Positions 1 through 11,754 of a DNA stretch of 64,000 nt are shown piece by piece. This DNA is from Lingula anatina (Eukaryota > Animalia > Brachiopoda): contig CM120649.1 in NCBI GenBank assembly GCA_051362555.1, forward strand, positions 13,888,001-13,952,000, given 5' to 3'. Made by a program: the position numbers and the translations under genes. A model generated the notes under the pieces. It ran no database searches and was not told the DNA's origin. It saw only the letters and a list, made by a program, of their open reading frames with translations. Positions within the stretch are counted from its first letter, which is position 1. Each line of letters opens with the position of its first letter.

Positions 1-2008
1 ACTTGTCACTAAAAATTTTAATTTATTCAGAAGTTGTATGGCTCTGTTTGAAAAGAATATTATTTGAGCAATCCTGTATTACAGATCTCAAAAAAAAAAA
101 ACCCTGCAAAAATGGGCCTCTTGATTATTTTGAAGAATTAGGGTAACTGTATTTTGGACAGAATTGATGGCAGCCATCTTGTATTTATAAAAATTTGATA
201 GATTTGCCCTTATCAAAGCATAGTTTGAATTCCTGGCTATTAGTCTTTGATAAAATTTGATTATTGGAAGGTATTATCTCAAAATGTACTGATATCTTGA
301 TTTCGGCCATTTGGTTTTCTGCTAAAATTGCTAAAGTTTGAGGCACTTTTTCAATATCTTCTGTTGTGTTTAACACACTTTTTAAAATTTGTATGATGAA
401 AACAATATATGCTTAGGATCCCTATACAATTTTATGGCTGTCAACCCTGCAAAAAGAGAGTTATGAACGCTTGAACATTGCTTGGTAGAAATATGAGTTT
501 GGGGGGTGGGGTTATAAAAATGGGCGTGGCTCGTAAGTTTGTGGGTTAAACTGAAATTTAGTAACATATTCTCAATGGCAAATGACTGGTTTAAATAAGT
601 AAAATTTCAATTAATTTTAAAAAGTCATCAGTTTTGACATATTTGCTTATGAAGTGGCTTTATTGACCGAAGCTGAAAATCGAGCCAAAAATGGCCAAAA
701 CATATAATATCATATTATAATTATATCCAATGCTTTCTTTTGGGATTGTTGCCTTCAATCTTAATATCTCCTATATATGCAACAATATTATGAATTTGGT
801 TGAAATCTGTTGACCCCCACCTTGCCACCCTCTGACTGGTCCTATCATGGATACACACTTAATTGTTTACATCAATTTGCGGCTGTAAAAAGCTTTTTAA
901 AAAGCTGCAGCCGCTTCTGCCAGCCACACATTATAGCGCATTACCGCCTCTGTTCTATGAAAATCTAATGATCAGTTTGACGAACGCGTTCAATTCTACT
1001 AATTGCTGTATTTCCAGCGTGTTTATAACACAATTACCAGTTGTGGCAGGATTACAAATTAGTTTTCTACGTTGCCGTGCTCGAAAGCTCTTTCTTCCAC
1101 TTAAGCTAATGAAAGTTGCTTCTGTTTTAAGTCCCTTCCAATAATGAAAGTACCATGCACTGCTATACCAGTTTATGTATTAGTATACATGACAGATCAA
1201 ATGTGCTATAAAGTATAAGTATACTAATATATCGCCTATATTCATCCAAATGGAAAATTACTTTTTTGAATTATTCAAAAGTCTTTCTATTAACCTGATT
1301 CAATTAATCGGCATGATCGACGTCCCATTCCGAACAAAACTGGCATTTGGATGGAGATTCGCACATTTTCCAACATCAACGGCCCCTTTGTGTTGTTTTA
1401 TTTCTAACGTTTAGCTGGCTCTCTCTTCACGGCTATAGGTGGAACAAATTTAACTGTGTCAAAGAAGGTACATGTATTCCAGAACAAAGACGCTTTGGCA
1501 ACCACCACTGTAGTGATTGGCATCAGCAGGGGGACTAAAAGTTAAAATGAAACTTGAGCAATTTCAGAGATCTTGGATTTCAAACGGTTTTATCTGATTG
1601 CGCCAATGGTTCTTAAACTGACTGTTCGGCACATGGTACCATGTAATATGACTTCAAAGGAGCCAACTGTACACGAAGCACATTCCACTGTGAATACCAG
1701 TTGTTGAGAAAACATTTTTAAAGCACCACTAGCGACAGCGTGTAATTTTCACAAAAATGAAAATATCTCTGAAAGTGGTTATTCGGGCTGAAGAGCAAAA
1801 TTGGCCTTTTGTAAAGCACACCAGGGACTCAGACAAGTTAATTGTGAAGAATAGTTGCATAATTCCATCGAATGCAAGAATAACCAATTCAGGTACATTT
1901 ATAGAACAGTAATCTGTTGAGTCTAGACTCGTTTGCTAGGTAAAAGATCAATAAAGCAAACGACTTTAAAAAGCAGCGGAGCAATTTTCACATACTTTTG
2001 GTATTGTC

Positions 2009-3028
2009 ATGGCAGAAATCAATGTCATTCCACAGGAGATGATACTGTCTACAAATATCTCTCTAAATTACACTTTGTGGGACAATCAGTTGATGGGTCA
2101 TTATGAGGTGGCAAAGATAACGTCTCCCATAGCCGTAGTACTCTGCGGCGTGGGGCTTATGGTAAATGCGGTGGCTTGCCTTGGCATCAGAAACGTACGC
2201 CCAGCAACCACGCCGCACCACTTGCTGCTTCTGTGCCTAAGTTTGGCCGATATGGTTCTCCTTTTGCTCTTCTTAACAATGAACATTTCCTTGCTGACAG
2301 TCGTGTATCAAGATCCGAATATTCCAAACAGCACCTCCAGCTTTTTATGCCAGTTCTTCCTCAGTACAAAGCTATCTCTCGTCCCGTTTATCGTATCCGT
2401 TTTGTCAGTTTTTGGGATTGACTACAACATCAGCGTGGCAGTGCGTTTTCCTCTGACGTACAATTCTCTTGTCACAAAATGCCGCGTGCATTTGTATAAC
2501 GTCGCTGCTTGGACAACGGGCGTAGCCATTGGTGGGATCCCTGTATACGCAGCGCTGTCAAGCACGCTTGTAGCATCCGGAAGACATTTTGGCCTCAAGG
2601 AGTTCTGCGGCCATCTTCAGCCTTTGGAACCAATCGTAAAGTACACACTATTCGCATTGCTTTTCTTGGGCGTCGTCGGGACACTTGTGATAAAGATCCG
2701 TTTATTCGTGACAATTAAGCGTTTGCTTTGCAATTCTACAAATGTTGTTCCGGTGAACATCACTTCGAAATGTTCCGCTAGTCACCTGTCCAAGATTTCC
2801 GCCGTCATGTTTTTGAGCTTGGTATGCTGCTGGTTACCATACTTGGCGATGTGTTTTATATACACTGCCATTGAGACTTTCTGGGGTATCGGACTACAGT
2901 ATTCAACCTCGTTTTTGCTTTTATTTCACTCTTTGTTCAATCCATTTTTGTACAGCCTACGTATGCCAGAAGTTAGGGAAGCAATTTTAGGATTGCTGGC
3001 AATCCCAAAGTGTTGTGTGCACGTGTAA
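2009..3028 (+). CDS. Intronless orphan class A (rhodopsin-like) GPCR, 339 aa
   Basis: Seven hydrophobic segments with TM1 G-x-x-x-N (GLMVN), TM2 LSLAD, post-TM3 AVRFPLTY, TM4 W, TM6 CCWLPY and TM7 NPFLY. These are followed by helix 8 (RMPEVREAI) and a C-terminal CC. N-terminal sequons NIS and NYT. Confidence 0.88.
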   Translation: MAEINVIPQEMILSTNISLNYTLWDNQLMGHYEVAKITSPIAVVLCGVGLMVNAVACLGIRNVRPATTPHHLLLLCLSLADMVLLLLFLTMNISLLTVVYQDPNIPNSTSSFLCQFFLSTKLSLVPFIVSVLSVFGIDYNISVAVRFPLTYNSLVTKCRVHLYNVAAWTTGVAIGGIPVYAALSSTLVASGRHFGLKEFCGHLQPLEPIVKYTLFALLFLGVVGTLVIKIRLFVTIKRLLCNSTNVVPVNITSKCSASHLSKISAVMFLSLVCCWLPYLAMCFIYTAIETFWGIGLQYSTSFLLLFHSLFNPFLYSLRMPEVREAILGLLAIPKCCVHV

Positions 3029-3450
3029 AGCGTATTCAAATGAATCGCCCATGCAGCAGAACAAACGCTTCTGATCTTAATGATGTTTTATAATATGACA
3101 TCAGGTTCTATCATTTTGATAGTTTTACCTAAAATAGTATTTGTGAGATGAGAATTTAAAAAGAGAGTTGTTGTACCACTATTCTTTTTGTCTCTGTATC
3201 ATCTTCTGATACTTTTATCATCTTTTTGTCTTTAGGTTTACAAGGTTAATGTCAAAATCGGGTACCATGCAGTTAACCTTTCTTTAGGTATTAAATGGTG
3301 AAAATGTTTATCAGTGGACACTAATTTATGAGAGGGCGATTTATTTGTTTTACGTAGAATGTCAACCTGGTTCAAATGCACGGAAAACTATATGCGTGTG
3401 GTATATTATTTTAGTGCCATAAACAAAATATTTAAGAACGTGTGCTCTTA

Positions 3451-3665
3451 GGCTGTATTCCCAGAGCTTTTAGATCGATCTATCCCCGCGGGGAGTCTCA
3501 CTAGATTACTGTCAGATAATCCGGCTTAAATGTCCGTCCCGCCTACTACAAGCTGTAAGGGGGTAATTAACTTTCGTGTCCGCTCGGCTGACAGCTATTT
3601 AGCGTGAACCCCCAGTGAGTTAGGTCGATCTAAAGTAGATCGATCTAATCTCTGGAAATGGGGTC
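3451..3665. mobile_element. Palindromic MITE, family A (PIF/Harbinger-like)
   Basis: Imperfect inverted arms rich in AGATCGATCT, flanked by TTA at 3448-3450 and 3666-3668. Related copies at ~24256, ~28117 and ~33368. Confidence 0.6.
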
Positions 3666-4527
3666 TTACTTAAGAAACTCCTTCTGCAAGCCACGAGAGC
3701 GTATAAATATGAATAATGTTACAATAATTGTCTCTCATACTTCATCTTAAGTGAACAATTGGCAACTTGTTGTATGTGTAGTTTGCATTCAGTTACAAAA
3801 GATTTCAAGCGAATTTTCACTTAAGTTGAGATGATGTGTTTGTAGTAACTTGATGTGTTTGTATGACTGTACATACAGGACATTAAAAGAATTAGAAACG
3901 AAATGTTATCAAATGATTTAGCTGAATTAATTAGTTTTATGTTTCTTATAAACCAGTGAATAACAGAAAGATGCAATTCTAAGCAACTTGCACAGGTACA
4001 CGTAAAAATTAAAACTGTATCTATTTTTACAGTTCAGTACCTCACATTTAACAACCCTTTGTATCAAAGATATAAAGATCTTCGCAAGTCCGTCGAAAAA
4101 GCAAGCAGATCTGCAAACAGTCTTCACACCACGGTTACTTCGCTATGATGCTATTTTATGTACTGTTGCTCTATTTTATTTCTGTTGATGTTTTTGAATT
4201 AATTACATATGTATTACTTCTCGGAGTCGTTGTTCAAACACGAAATTATAGTTTTTGAGTATTGTTAACACGTTTTTTTTTTCTTTTTTTGAAAAATTAT
4301 ATCAGATTTAACGTTATCCATCTTATTAACTGTACGAGAAAGCCAGCAAGTGTCCTTAATTCTTTCCTCTCCGACTTACCAGTAGGCCTAATACTGATTA
4401 TTTTGAAAATATTTTTTTTTTAATGCAAAGCTACAAGATATCATAGATAAAGTAAACAAGAAATTAAACAAAATTTGCCGGTTTCACATCCAATTGTCTT
4501 ACACTATTGATGTAGCCTATATAAAAC

Positions 4528-4577
4528 CAGGGGCGGATCCAGGATAATTTGAAAGGGGGGGGGTCATGATGCAAAGC

Positions 4578-4609
<32 letters not shown>

Positions 4610-4799
4610 TTGGCATGGGATTAGGGGCCCGCTTAAGGGCCCCGAAAATATTTGGTATTTTAGAGAGCAAACAGCGGTTTAGTACTATAAATCTGCTAGT
4701 CAAAATTCTAATTCAAAGAGGGGAATATTAGTAAGGCTTTTTTTCAGAAACTAAAGGAGGGAATGCCCTGCCCCCCCCCCCCCCCTAAATCCGCCACTG
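4528..4799. mobile_element. MITE with CAGGGGCGGAT termini and internal poly-G/poly-C runs
   Basis: Termini CAGGGGCGGATCCAGG and AAATCCGCCACTG; the internal sequence recurs inverted at ~52960-53129. Confidence 0.6.
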
Positions 4800-5783
4800 T
4801 GTATTGCTATTGTGTGTTTTATGCAGTGGCGTCAAATGGGGTTATTATATTCACCCTATATTTTTCGCGCTGCACCTTTGAGATTAAAGCTATTATTAAG
4901 TTAGTATAAAGTTTAAAAGCTTTGATAAATGCATTATTCTCGCATTTGTCGGCCATATTGGAATTTTCATGAATGTATCAATATCCAAAAATTTGCCAAT
5001 TGTGACGTTTTTTTTTTTTTTTCTTTTTCTTTTTTTTTATGTAAAATGCTCGATTGTTTTACCATATTGCTGGCATTTAATCCATCAAACGCAGACAATT
5101 TTTTTTCAAAAAAGTTGGAAATTTAACCAATTTTATTAAATTAACCAGTGTGTTTCAATTTTATTAATAAACTACCACTTTCTTTGTGAGATGGACCCTG
5201 TACTTTCTTTCTTCTCAAGTCGAGTTTATATAAGGACGGCAAAAGGCACCGAAGACAATTACTAGTTTCGCAATTATAATTTATTAAAACAGAAACGCAT
5301 TAAGATATATGTATACACGATAGGCTCCTCGTGGATAAATGCCCTTATGATTTTAAGTGCCTGGTGGGTGTTCAGTGACAAATTACAGACGTATTCTCTG
5401 AGGGCAGGTAAGTCATCAGTTGGGGGGGTGTTCTAATATAAATGAAACGGCCTGTACCTTTGAGTGATTGAAAAATCTCTCTATATTTAACTTTTTATAG
5501 TTTCGTATAATTAAGTATTTTGAGAGAAAATATAAAAACTAGCAATGAATTGGCAGAGATTTATTCATGGCTTATGTAAGGATATAATCTTCATCTCAAC
5601 TTTTTAGAATTCATCATTTTTTAGAATTCATCAGCGAGATACTACAGTATGTCAGTGGTTTGGTCTTTACGATAAACTTGATATAATCTGGAATACAAAT
5701 GAAGTCTCTGGCAATTCAGTTATTCTCGAGCAGGTCATGCCTACAGTTCAATTTCTTGGTTGCGCTCAACGACCGTGAAATCT

Positions 5784-8491
5784 CTAACAAGTGATAGAGA
5801 CCATAAAGGTCCCTTCACTGGTGTCGTACCCGTATACACCTACTGCATACGTTCCACTGGGTAGCTCTCCTCCGGGAATCTGAATCAAAGAGGTGAAACC
5901 AACACACCCGTCGTCGTTATTGTACAGACTGTAAACTTGGTAGATGTTGCATGTCTGACTCCCACCGGATTCAGTATTAGACAGCGCATCACAGGCAAAA
6001 AGAGCCAGCTTTGTGTCGAAGTCGACGGTGTTACATGTGGATATGATGACATCGTTACACCCGGAGTAGCTGATGTAGTATCGCAAAGGTACCAGATCGG
6101 TAGCTACATACTGATAGCTGCCGGAAAAGGTGTAAGCTGTACCATCACACGTGACTTGTTGAAGGTCCGCTGAAAGTGACAAATATACAAAAAACTAGCA
6201 TATTTTAATTTTCACAATGGCCACCAAAACGAATTATTAAGTAGTAATATTAATTTATTCAGACATTATATAATATATATAAGATAATTGATTCTGTAAG
6301 AGCTATAATAATATTAATAATAATAAAATTTAAAACGTGGATGTAAAACGATTATTTTAATAATTTTAATTTCGATCATTCTAAAATATAATATACTAAA
6401 AAGACAGTAAGTAAACATTTGGAAAAGCACAACAGTAATCTACGTAGCTATGAGACCACAAACAATTTGACATAACATCGTTTCTTCCTTTTTGTTTGCT
6501 TTTTCTACAAACTGCTAAGTGCTTTATAAGATATCATACTTACGACACTGTGTTGTAAGTTCAGCTGAAAATTGATAAGAGATATATAAGAAAAGGTTCA
6601 TTAATATTATACATACAAATAATCTATATATTGTACTACTTCTGCCAGCACATTTGAGTAAAGAACTTACCTCCCTTAACATGAAAACACGCGCACAAGT
6701 CCTCATCATAGCAACTTTTTATCTATTTGCTAAACTTTATGAACGAGCCTACATGTATAACGTGGACCGTCAGCTAATATCCACTACCGCAATAAATTAT
6801 CGTAAAAATCAGAATTTAATAAGCTTGCAGGTATTAGCTACATAGGAAGCAAACTACATGTACATGTCACATTATTATATGTTTTACGTTATACTTACGG
6901 CATGCCAGTGGCTCTAGAAGAAAAAAAGAAAGCAATATTATACACAACGGTATGTCAGTCGAATAATGAAAGTGGGGGTATCATCATTAGAGCTGCAGTG
7001 AAAAATATGTAGGATTCCATGATAACTATTGTTTGGTGATTAAATAAGTGCAATTATGGGTAAAAAAACAGACCAGAAGAAATAATTTATGTTGAGTAAT
7101 ACCAAAAGAAAAAAAGAGGGTATTCATTACAAAAATAAAAGAAACTGAATAGCAAGCTTCTTTGTCACAATATTCAATTTTTAATTTAAGTTACAATACG
7201 CGTTGTTTTTACACACACACAAAAGAAAAAAACTATTTCATCTATAAATGCATATTGTGTTATTATTATTTGCAAATGCGCTTAATGCAATAGACTTTAA
7301 TTGTGATGAAAGTCCTCACATCCTCCACCTACCTAGTGCACCTGGAACACAAATGTCTTCTTCGGAGCAAGGGTCCAGTGTGTATCCTTCAGCACAAATA
7401 CAGGACCAGGGCTTGGGGCAAGGTGCAATACCTTGGCTATTTGGACTAGGGGTATTCTTGCAGATCGTCACGTTGTTTTTGTCAGTCCTGCAGCACCTTG
7501 TATTGTTCCCGCATAAAGGTGGCATATCGGCCGTTGCTATAAAATAAAAATCCAGAATGAATAGACAGATTAAAATTTCGGCAATTCATGGATGGCTAAA
7601 GCATGAGCAGTTAATGGTTTCCCTTACCTTCCAAAAAATGACAGGATATTTTGTCTTTCAACCCCTCCTCTTTTCCTAATGGTGCTTAATATCGAATCGA
7701 AAATGGAAATTCAAATGTTTGTTGAGTACAAAAAACTGCCAAGCATGTCTGCCGTGTCAAGCACAAACTAGATCTCCCCTCTCTAAGATACATTTATATA
7801 GAAAGGGTGGCTTCCAAAACAGCGAAGATTATGAACGATACTGCTTACCCTGCGCATGAACTTTTTCAATTTCTCCTAAGCAAATGGAGACTTTTATATT
7901 TTAGACGAGGCAAACTGCTTTTAAAAGTTTTTATCCAATCGCTACATCTATTTTTGATAGTTTAACTTAATTTTTACCGATTACTCTAAACTTTTTTCTT
8001 TTCATTTATTTGATCCTGCATAAATCCAAGATGTTGAAAAAGTTTCCGTTTTTATGTGTATTTTTTACAATATATTTAGGCTAACAATGGTTGAATAACT
8101 TGATCATTATTATTATTATTATTATTGTAAACTAGAAGACCGTGAATCAAGTTCATGTCGGAATATATGGAAAGACTTTTAAAGTCCAAACTGTAAAATG
8201 TTTAAAACCATAATGCTGTCGAAATAGGGACTGATAAAATGACGTTTGCTTTTCTAAATAACAGACTAAACCAAGTGACTAAATATAATTTGCTTTGCAT
8301 TGTGTAAACTCCGCTAATCTTCCAATATTTTAATAGGTATGACTTCTCCTTTGCCAGTCATGACAAGACAACTTTAAACCATATCATCAATCTTTGAAGT
8401 AATAAAACAAAGATTAGTACTTACGGGCACCGTCGACTGCACATAGTGACACCGCCATCAAAACCAAACAAAGGGCCATTGAACTGGTCAT
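5784..8491 (-). CDS. Secreted protein, ~223 aa: signal peptide + Cys-rich/EGF-like module + PPC-like beta-sandwich domain (4 exons)
   Basis: Exons on minus: 8491-8425 (MTSSMALCLVLMAVSLCAVDGA, donor GTAAGT), 7536-7333 (contains CICAEGY, donor GTAGGT), 6913-6899 (15 nt), 6169-5784 (stop TAG). All introns are phase 1 GT-AG. Total 672 nt, frame open. TATAAAA on minus at 8605-8611 and AATAAA on minus at 5560-5565. Confidence 0.8.
7720..8126 (+). mobile_element. 5'-truncated LINE 3' remnant (CR1-group, Rex1/Babar-like) in intron 1 of the secreted-protein gene, antisense to it
   Basis: Translates as KTAKHVC...LPSLRYIYIERVASKTAKIMNDTAYPAHELFQFLLS, matching the ORF2 C-terminal pattern LPSL..IY..R...A.KI..D..HP.H.LF.LLPS. 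Ends in an (ATT)n tail at ~8107-8126. Confidence 0.6.
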
Positions 8492-8604
8492 CTTCACCTT
8501 CAAACGATAGTTCTGAAGCTGCTGAATTGATTTCTGGCAAATTGTTGATCTACTGGTTGTCAGAGACGACTGTGGATCTGATAAAATGTTCAATATACTT
8601 ATCA

Positions 8605-8611
8605 TTTTATA
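8605..8611 (-). promoter_or_regulatory. Candidate TATA box of the secreted-protein gene
   Basis: TATAAAA on minus about 115 nt upstream of the ATG at 8491; CCAAT pentamers near 8659 and 8710. Confidence 0.4.
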
Positions 8612-9356
8612 GAAAATTCTCAATGTTGGCTGTCATTTACTGTTTGAGAAGAAATAACCAATCACTTGCTTGCGAAATAGAATTCGCTCACTGCGCATTT
8701 CCTCACTATCCAATAAAATTATCTGCATCTTAATTTTTGGTGTGTTTGATTATCATATTATAATGATTTAAAATTCGTTTTTTTTTTTGCACCCTCATTT
8801 TTGCAACCCCCGCACATTTTGTACCTAAATGATCGTCCTGTAAGATATGTCTATAGACCTGCATTTCTACCTTCTGTTAAACCCAGAATATGTAAAAAAA
8901 AAAACACGCGAAATAGTTGGACCCCAATCAAGTCTCTTTAATAAAGTTACTTTAAGATGCTAAATTATTTCATTTGGACTCACTGTCGACGCTTTCTTAG
9001 CACTATTGGATACGGTCGCTTTACAAAATGATGTGATCAATTCTTTTACCCCATAGTTACTTTGTCATATTGGGGGGGGGGGGGGGGTTCCAACTAGCTC
9101 CGGTCTCCCCTAACATCTCACGGAAAGGCGTTGCTTTAACGAATTTAAATTGTGATTAAAATTGACTGTCTTGAATATCTTATACCAAGCATAGTTGATG
9201 CCGTAACAAATCTAAATGATATTAACAAGTTAATATTCTTGTTTAAATGATATCAACAGGTTAATATTCTTGGTAAACGTGTTAACAATGCATCTCTTCT
9301 TAATATTTTATATCTTAACTCTGACACCATATTTCTCTTTTTGCAATCAAAATATA

Positions 9357-9594
9357 CACACACTGGACAATAGAAGTGTCACCCCCTGAATCAGAGTAAT
9401 CAAAGTTATAATGCCTGGTCTACGTATAATGTGACTAATGAGTATAAAACCGCTGTACCATGGAATTGTATTGTTGGTCTTTTTGTGAAATTTGATGTTA
9501 ATAAAATGATACCAGGAGCATATCATTCCACAGTCATTTTTCTCCCCCAAAGTATTGGTTCAGTAGGGGTGACACTTCTATTGTCTAGTGTGTG
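9357..9594. mobile_element. Tc1/mariner-type MITE (TA TSD)
   Basis: TA-CACACACTGGACAATAGAAGTGTCACCCC ... GGGGTGACACTTCTATTGTCTAGTGTGTG-TA; second copy at 42029-42271. Confidence 0.75.
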
Positions 9595-10402
9595 TAGTTC
9601 AAGCTGATCAATTGGAAAATTAAATCATTTTTACAACTTGCGGTATTGTAATATGTCTCTCCACCATAGGTTCTGTGACTACAGTGCACAGTGCTAAGCA
9701 GTAAGCTCATTAACTGTGCTGGGAGAACCTGTATGTTTGACAAACACTCATACACATATTCAAACAGATTTGATTTGAGCAACAGAATATCAATATACAC
9801 TGCATAGGCAAAATGAAGCTAAAAGAGAAAAAAATCAAAAGTAACAATTTTGTATTCCGCCAAATGCACTTAAGACTTAAATGTAAGAAAAGAAGTAAAT
9901 TAACAACATGAATATTTTTATCACGTTATGCATACTAAAAGTTGTCTGCAGGTTCATTTCTCTTGATTTATTATAATTCCCATGTATAGCTGGTACATTT
10001 TGTACTGGTCTTCATCGGACTCGGAAAAAAATGAATTCACAAGGAAGGACAGGAATGGACACTTGCGTTTACTGTAGCTGTAACTTATCATATTAGCTCA
10101 AATTAGAATAGTTGCTTATCAGATAAATACTTATCTTTTTCATGTTCCGTCTTTGATTTGACTAGATAAATTAATGTACATATAGTGCAACGTGAAAGCG
10201 TTTCTGTAATACCTATACATAGGAATAGTGCCGGCAAAGTTCCCAACATTTTTACATTTTTAGCTGTGACTTGGAGCCTTCACTAATAGTTGCTACTTGG
10301 AAAGACTCCCACCTATCCCCCCCCCCTCCCCCCCCCCCCCCCCCCCCCCCCAATTCAAATTTTGCCAGGCTCATTTACTAGCTTTAGGAAAATCTGCTAC
10401 TC

Positions 10403-10541
10403 GGGTTAATTCGATGATAATTAATTCTCTCAATTCTACCCGCATTATCTGCTTCCCAGAAAAGCATTTTGCTATACATATTTATTAGAGTGCAACATGG
10501 GGGAGAGAGCAGAAACTCCCCATAGGTTCAAATTTTGTCCC

Positions 10542-10572
<31 letters not shown>

Positions 10573-11140
10573 GTCTTCCATTGTAAGATACTCGTCAGAA
10601 AATGGCTCAAAATCTATTAAATAATATGTTGGTCCATCGATAAAAAGGGACCTATTGTTTTTCAAATTTACCATGTTTATTTAGCCCATCTTCGTTCTTT
10701 ACTATAATTTCTCGTGACAAATTGATTTTACTTGATAATTATTTCCACTCTACCTTCATCGTAGGTATCTTTCTGCGTTCATGTTAGTGTTCATTTTTGT
10801 AAGTGGCTGCCAATATGAGTTGATAGTGGACAAATTTAAAAAAGAGGATTTTACTTTGATCATACCGAAATCACAGACGGAATATTCTGTTGAAATAATC
10901 TATCATTTCTGCAAAAGTGAAGAAATCGTATTAGCCGACCCAAAAAAACAAAGATTTGGCCACGAAGGAGAGGAAAGAATATACTAGAAGATAAAACATA
11001 TCTAGGGTTAATTCCATGATAATTATTTCTTTCAATTCTACCTGCATTATCTGTTTTCGGGGGAAAAGCACTTTGTTAAAGAATGCAGCATGAAAAGAAG
11101 CCGAAACTTACAACGAGCTAAATTATTGATGTCACCCCCT
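10403..11140 (+). repeat. Diverged direct duplication of ~130 bp (~10403-10540 vs ~11005-11140)
   Basis: Shared ATGATAATTA.TTCT.TCAATTCTACC.GCATTATCTG..AAAAGCA.TTTG. Confidence 0.6.
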
Positions 11141-11754
11141 CAAGTCTTCGGTTTTTGGGCACTCTTTTTGAATAAGACTTGCAGATTTTAAAATGTTTAT
11201 TGTGACCCTCAAAATATCATATTAAATTATCTTCGCAAATCATTTCTGTGAATCATCCTCGAAAAGAAATTTGGTATTTTCAAACCAATGTATCGAACTA
11301 ATTAATGGAATCTGTATTCTTGCATTTTTTCCGTAGATACGCCTCTTTGAAAAGAATATACAGGTAGGTGTGATGGATATACACGAATATGTATTCCAGT
11401 GTACCTGTATTGCATATACATGTATTTGCCGTTGAGAAAAACATCTTGTCAAAAAGTAAAGCATAATTAGATAACCAGCCTGCAATCACGCCAACGCCTT
11501 TCGATTTAAATCATTAAGTTAAATAGTAAGACATAGAACATCAATTCATATCTATGAATCGATACGCTCAGAGCGCTCAGAGCGTCTTTCTACTTTATGA
11601 ATTCAAATTTCAGATATATATTTTTGCAATTGTACATTATTTCTTATGGGAATGATGGTTACTTTTGATAAAGGTACATTGATTGCTTTTTAATTAGGGT
11701 CAAGAATAATTTTAAACGAAAATATAAAAGATCGACTGTATAATTTCATCTGAT

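Noticed and set aside
1-860. Probable non-autonomous DNA transposon fragment (similar tracts at ~4850-5200, ~58190-58780 and ~63740-64000)
   Set aside because: The sequence style is suggestive, but paired TIRs or TSDs could not be shown within the window.
9985-10025. Hammerhead-like CCGATGAAGACC on minus (similar partial CTGATGA at ~43305)
   Set aside because: No GAAA half of the core; too degenerate to support.
10781-10987. 68-aa ORF with protein-like composition
   Set aside because: No family recognised and no supporting exon chain.
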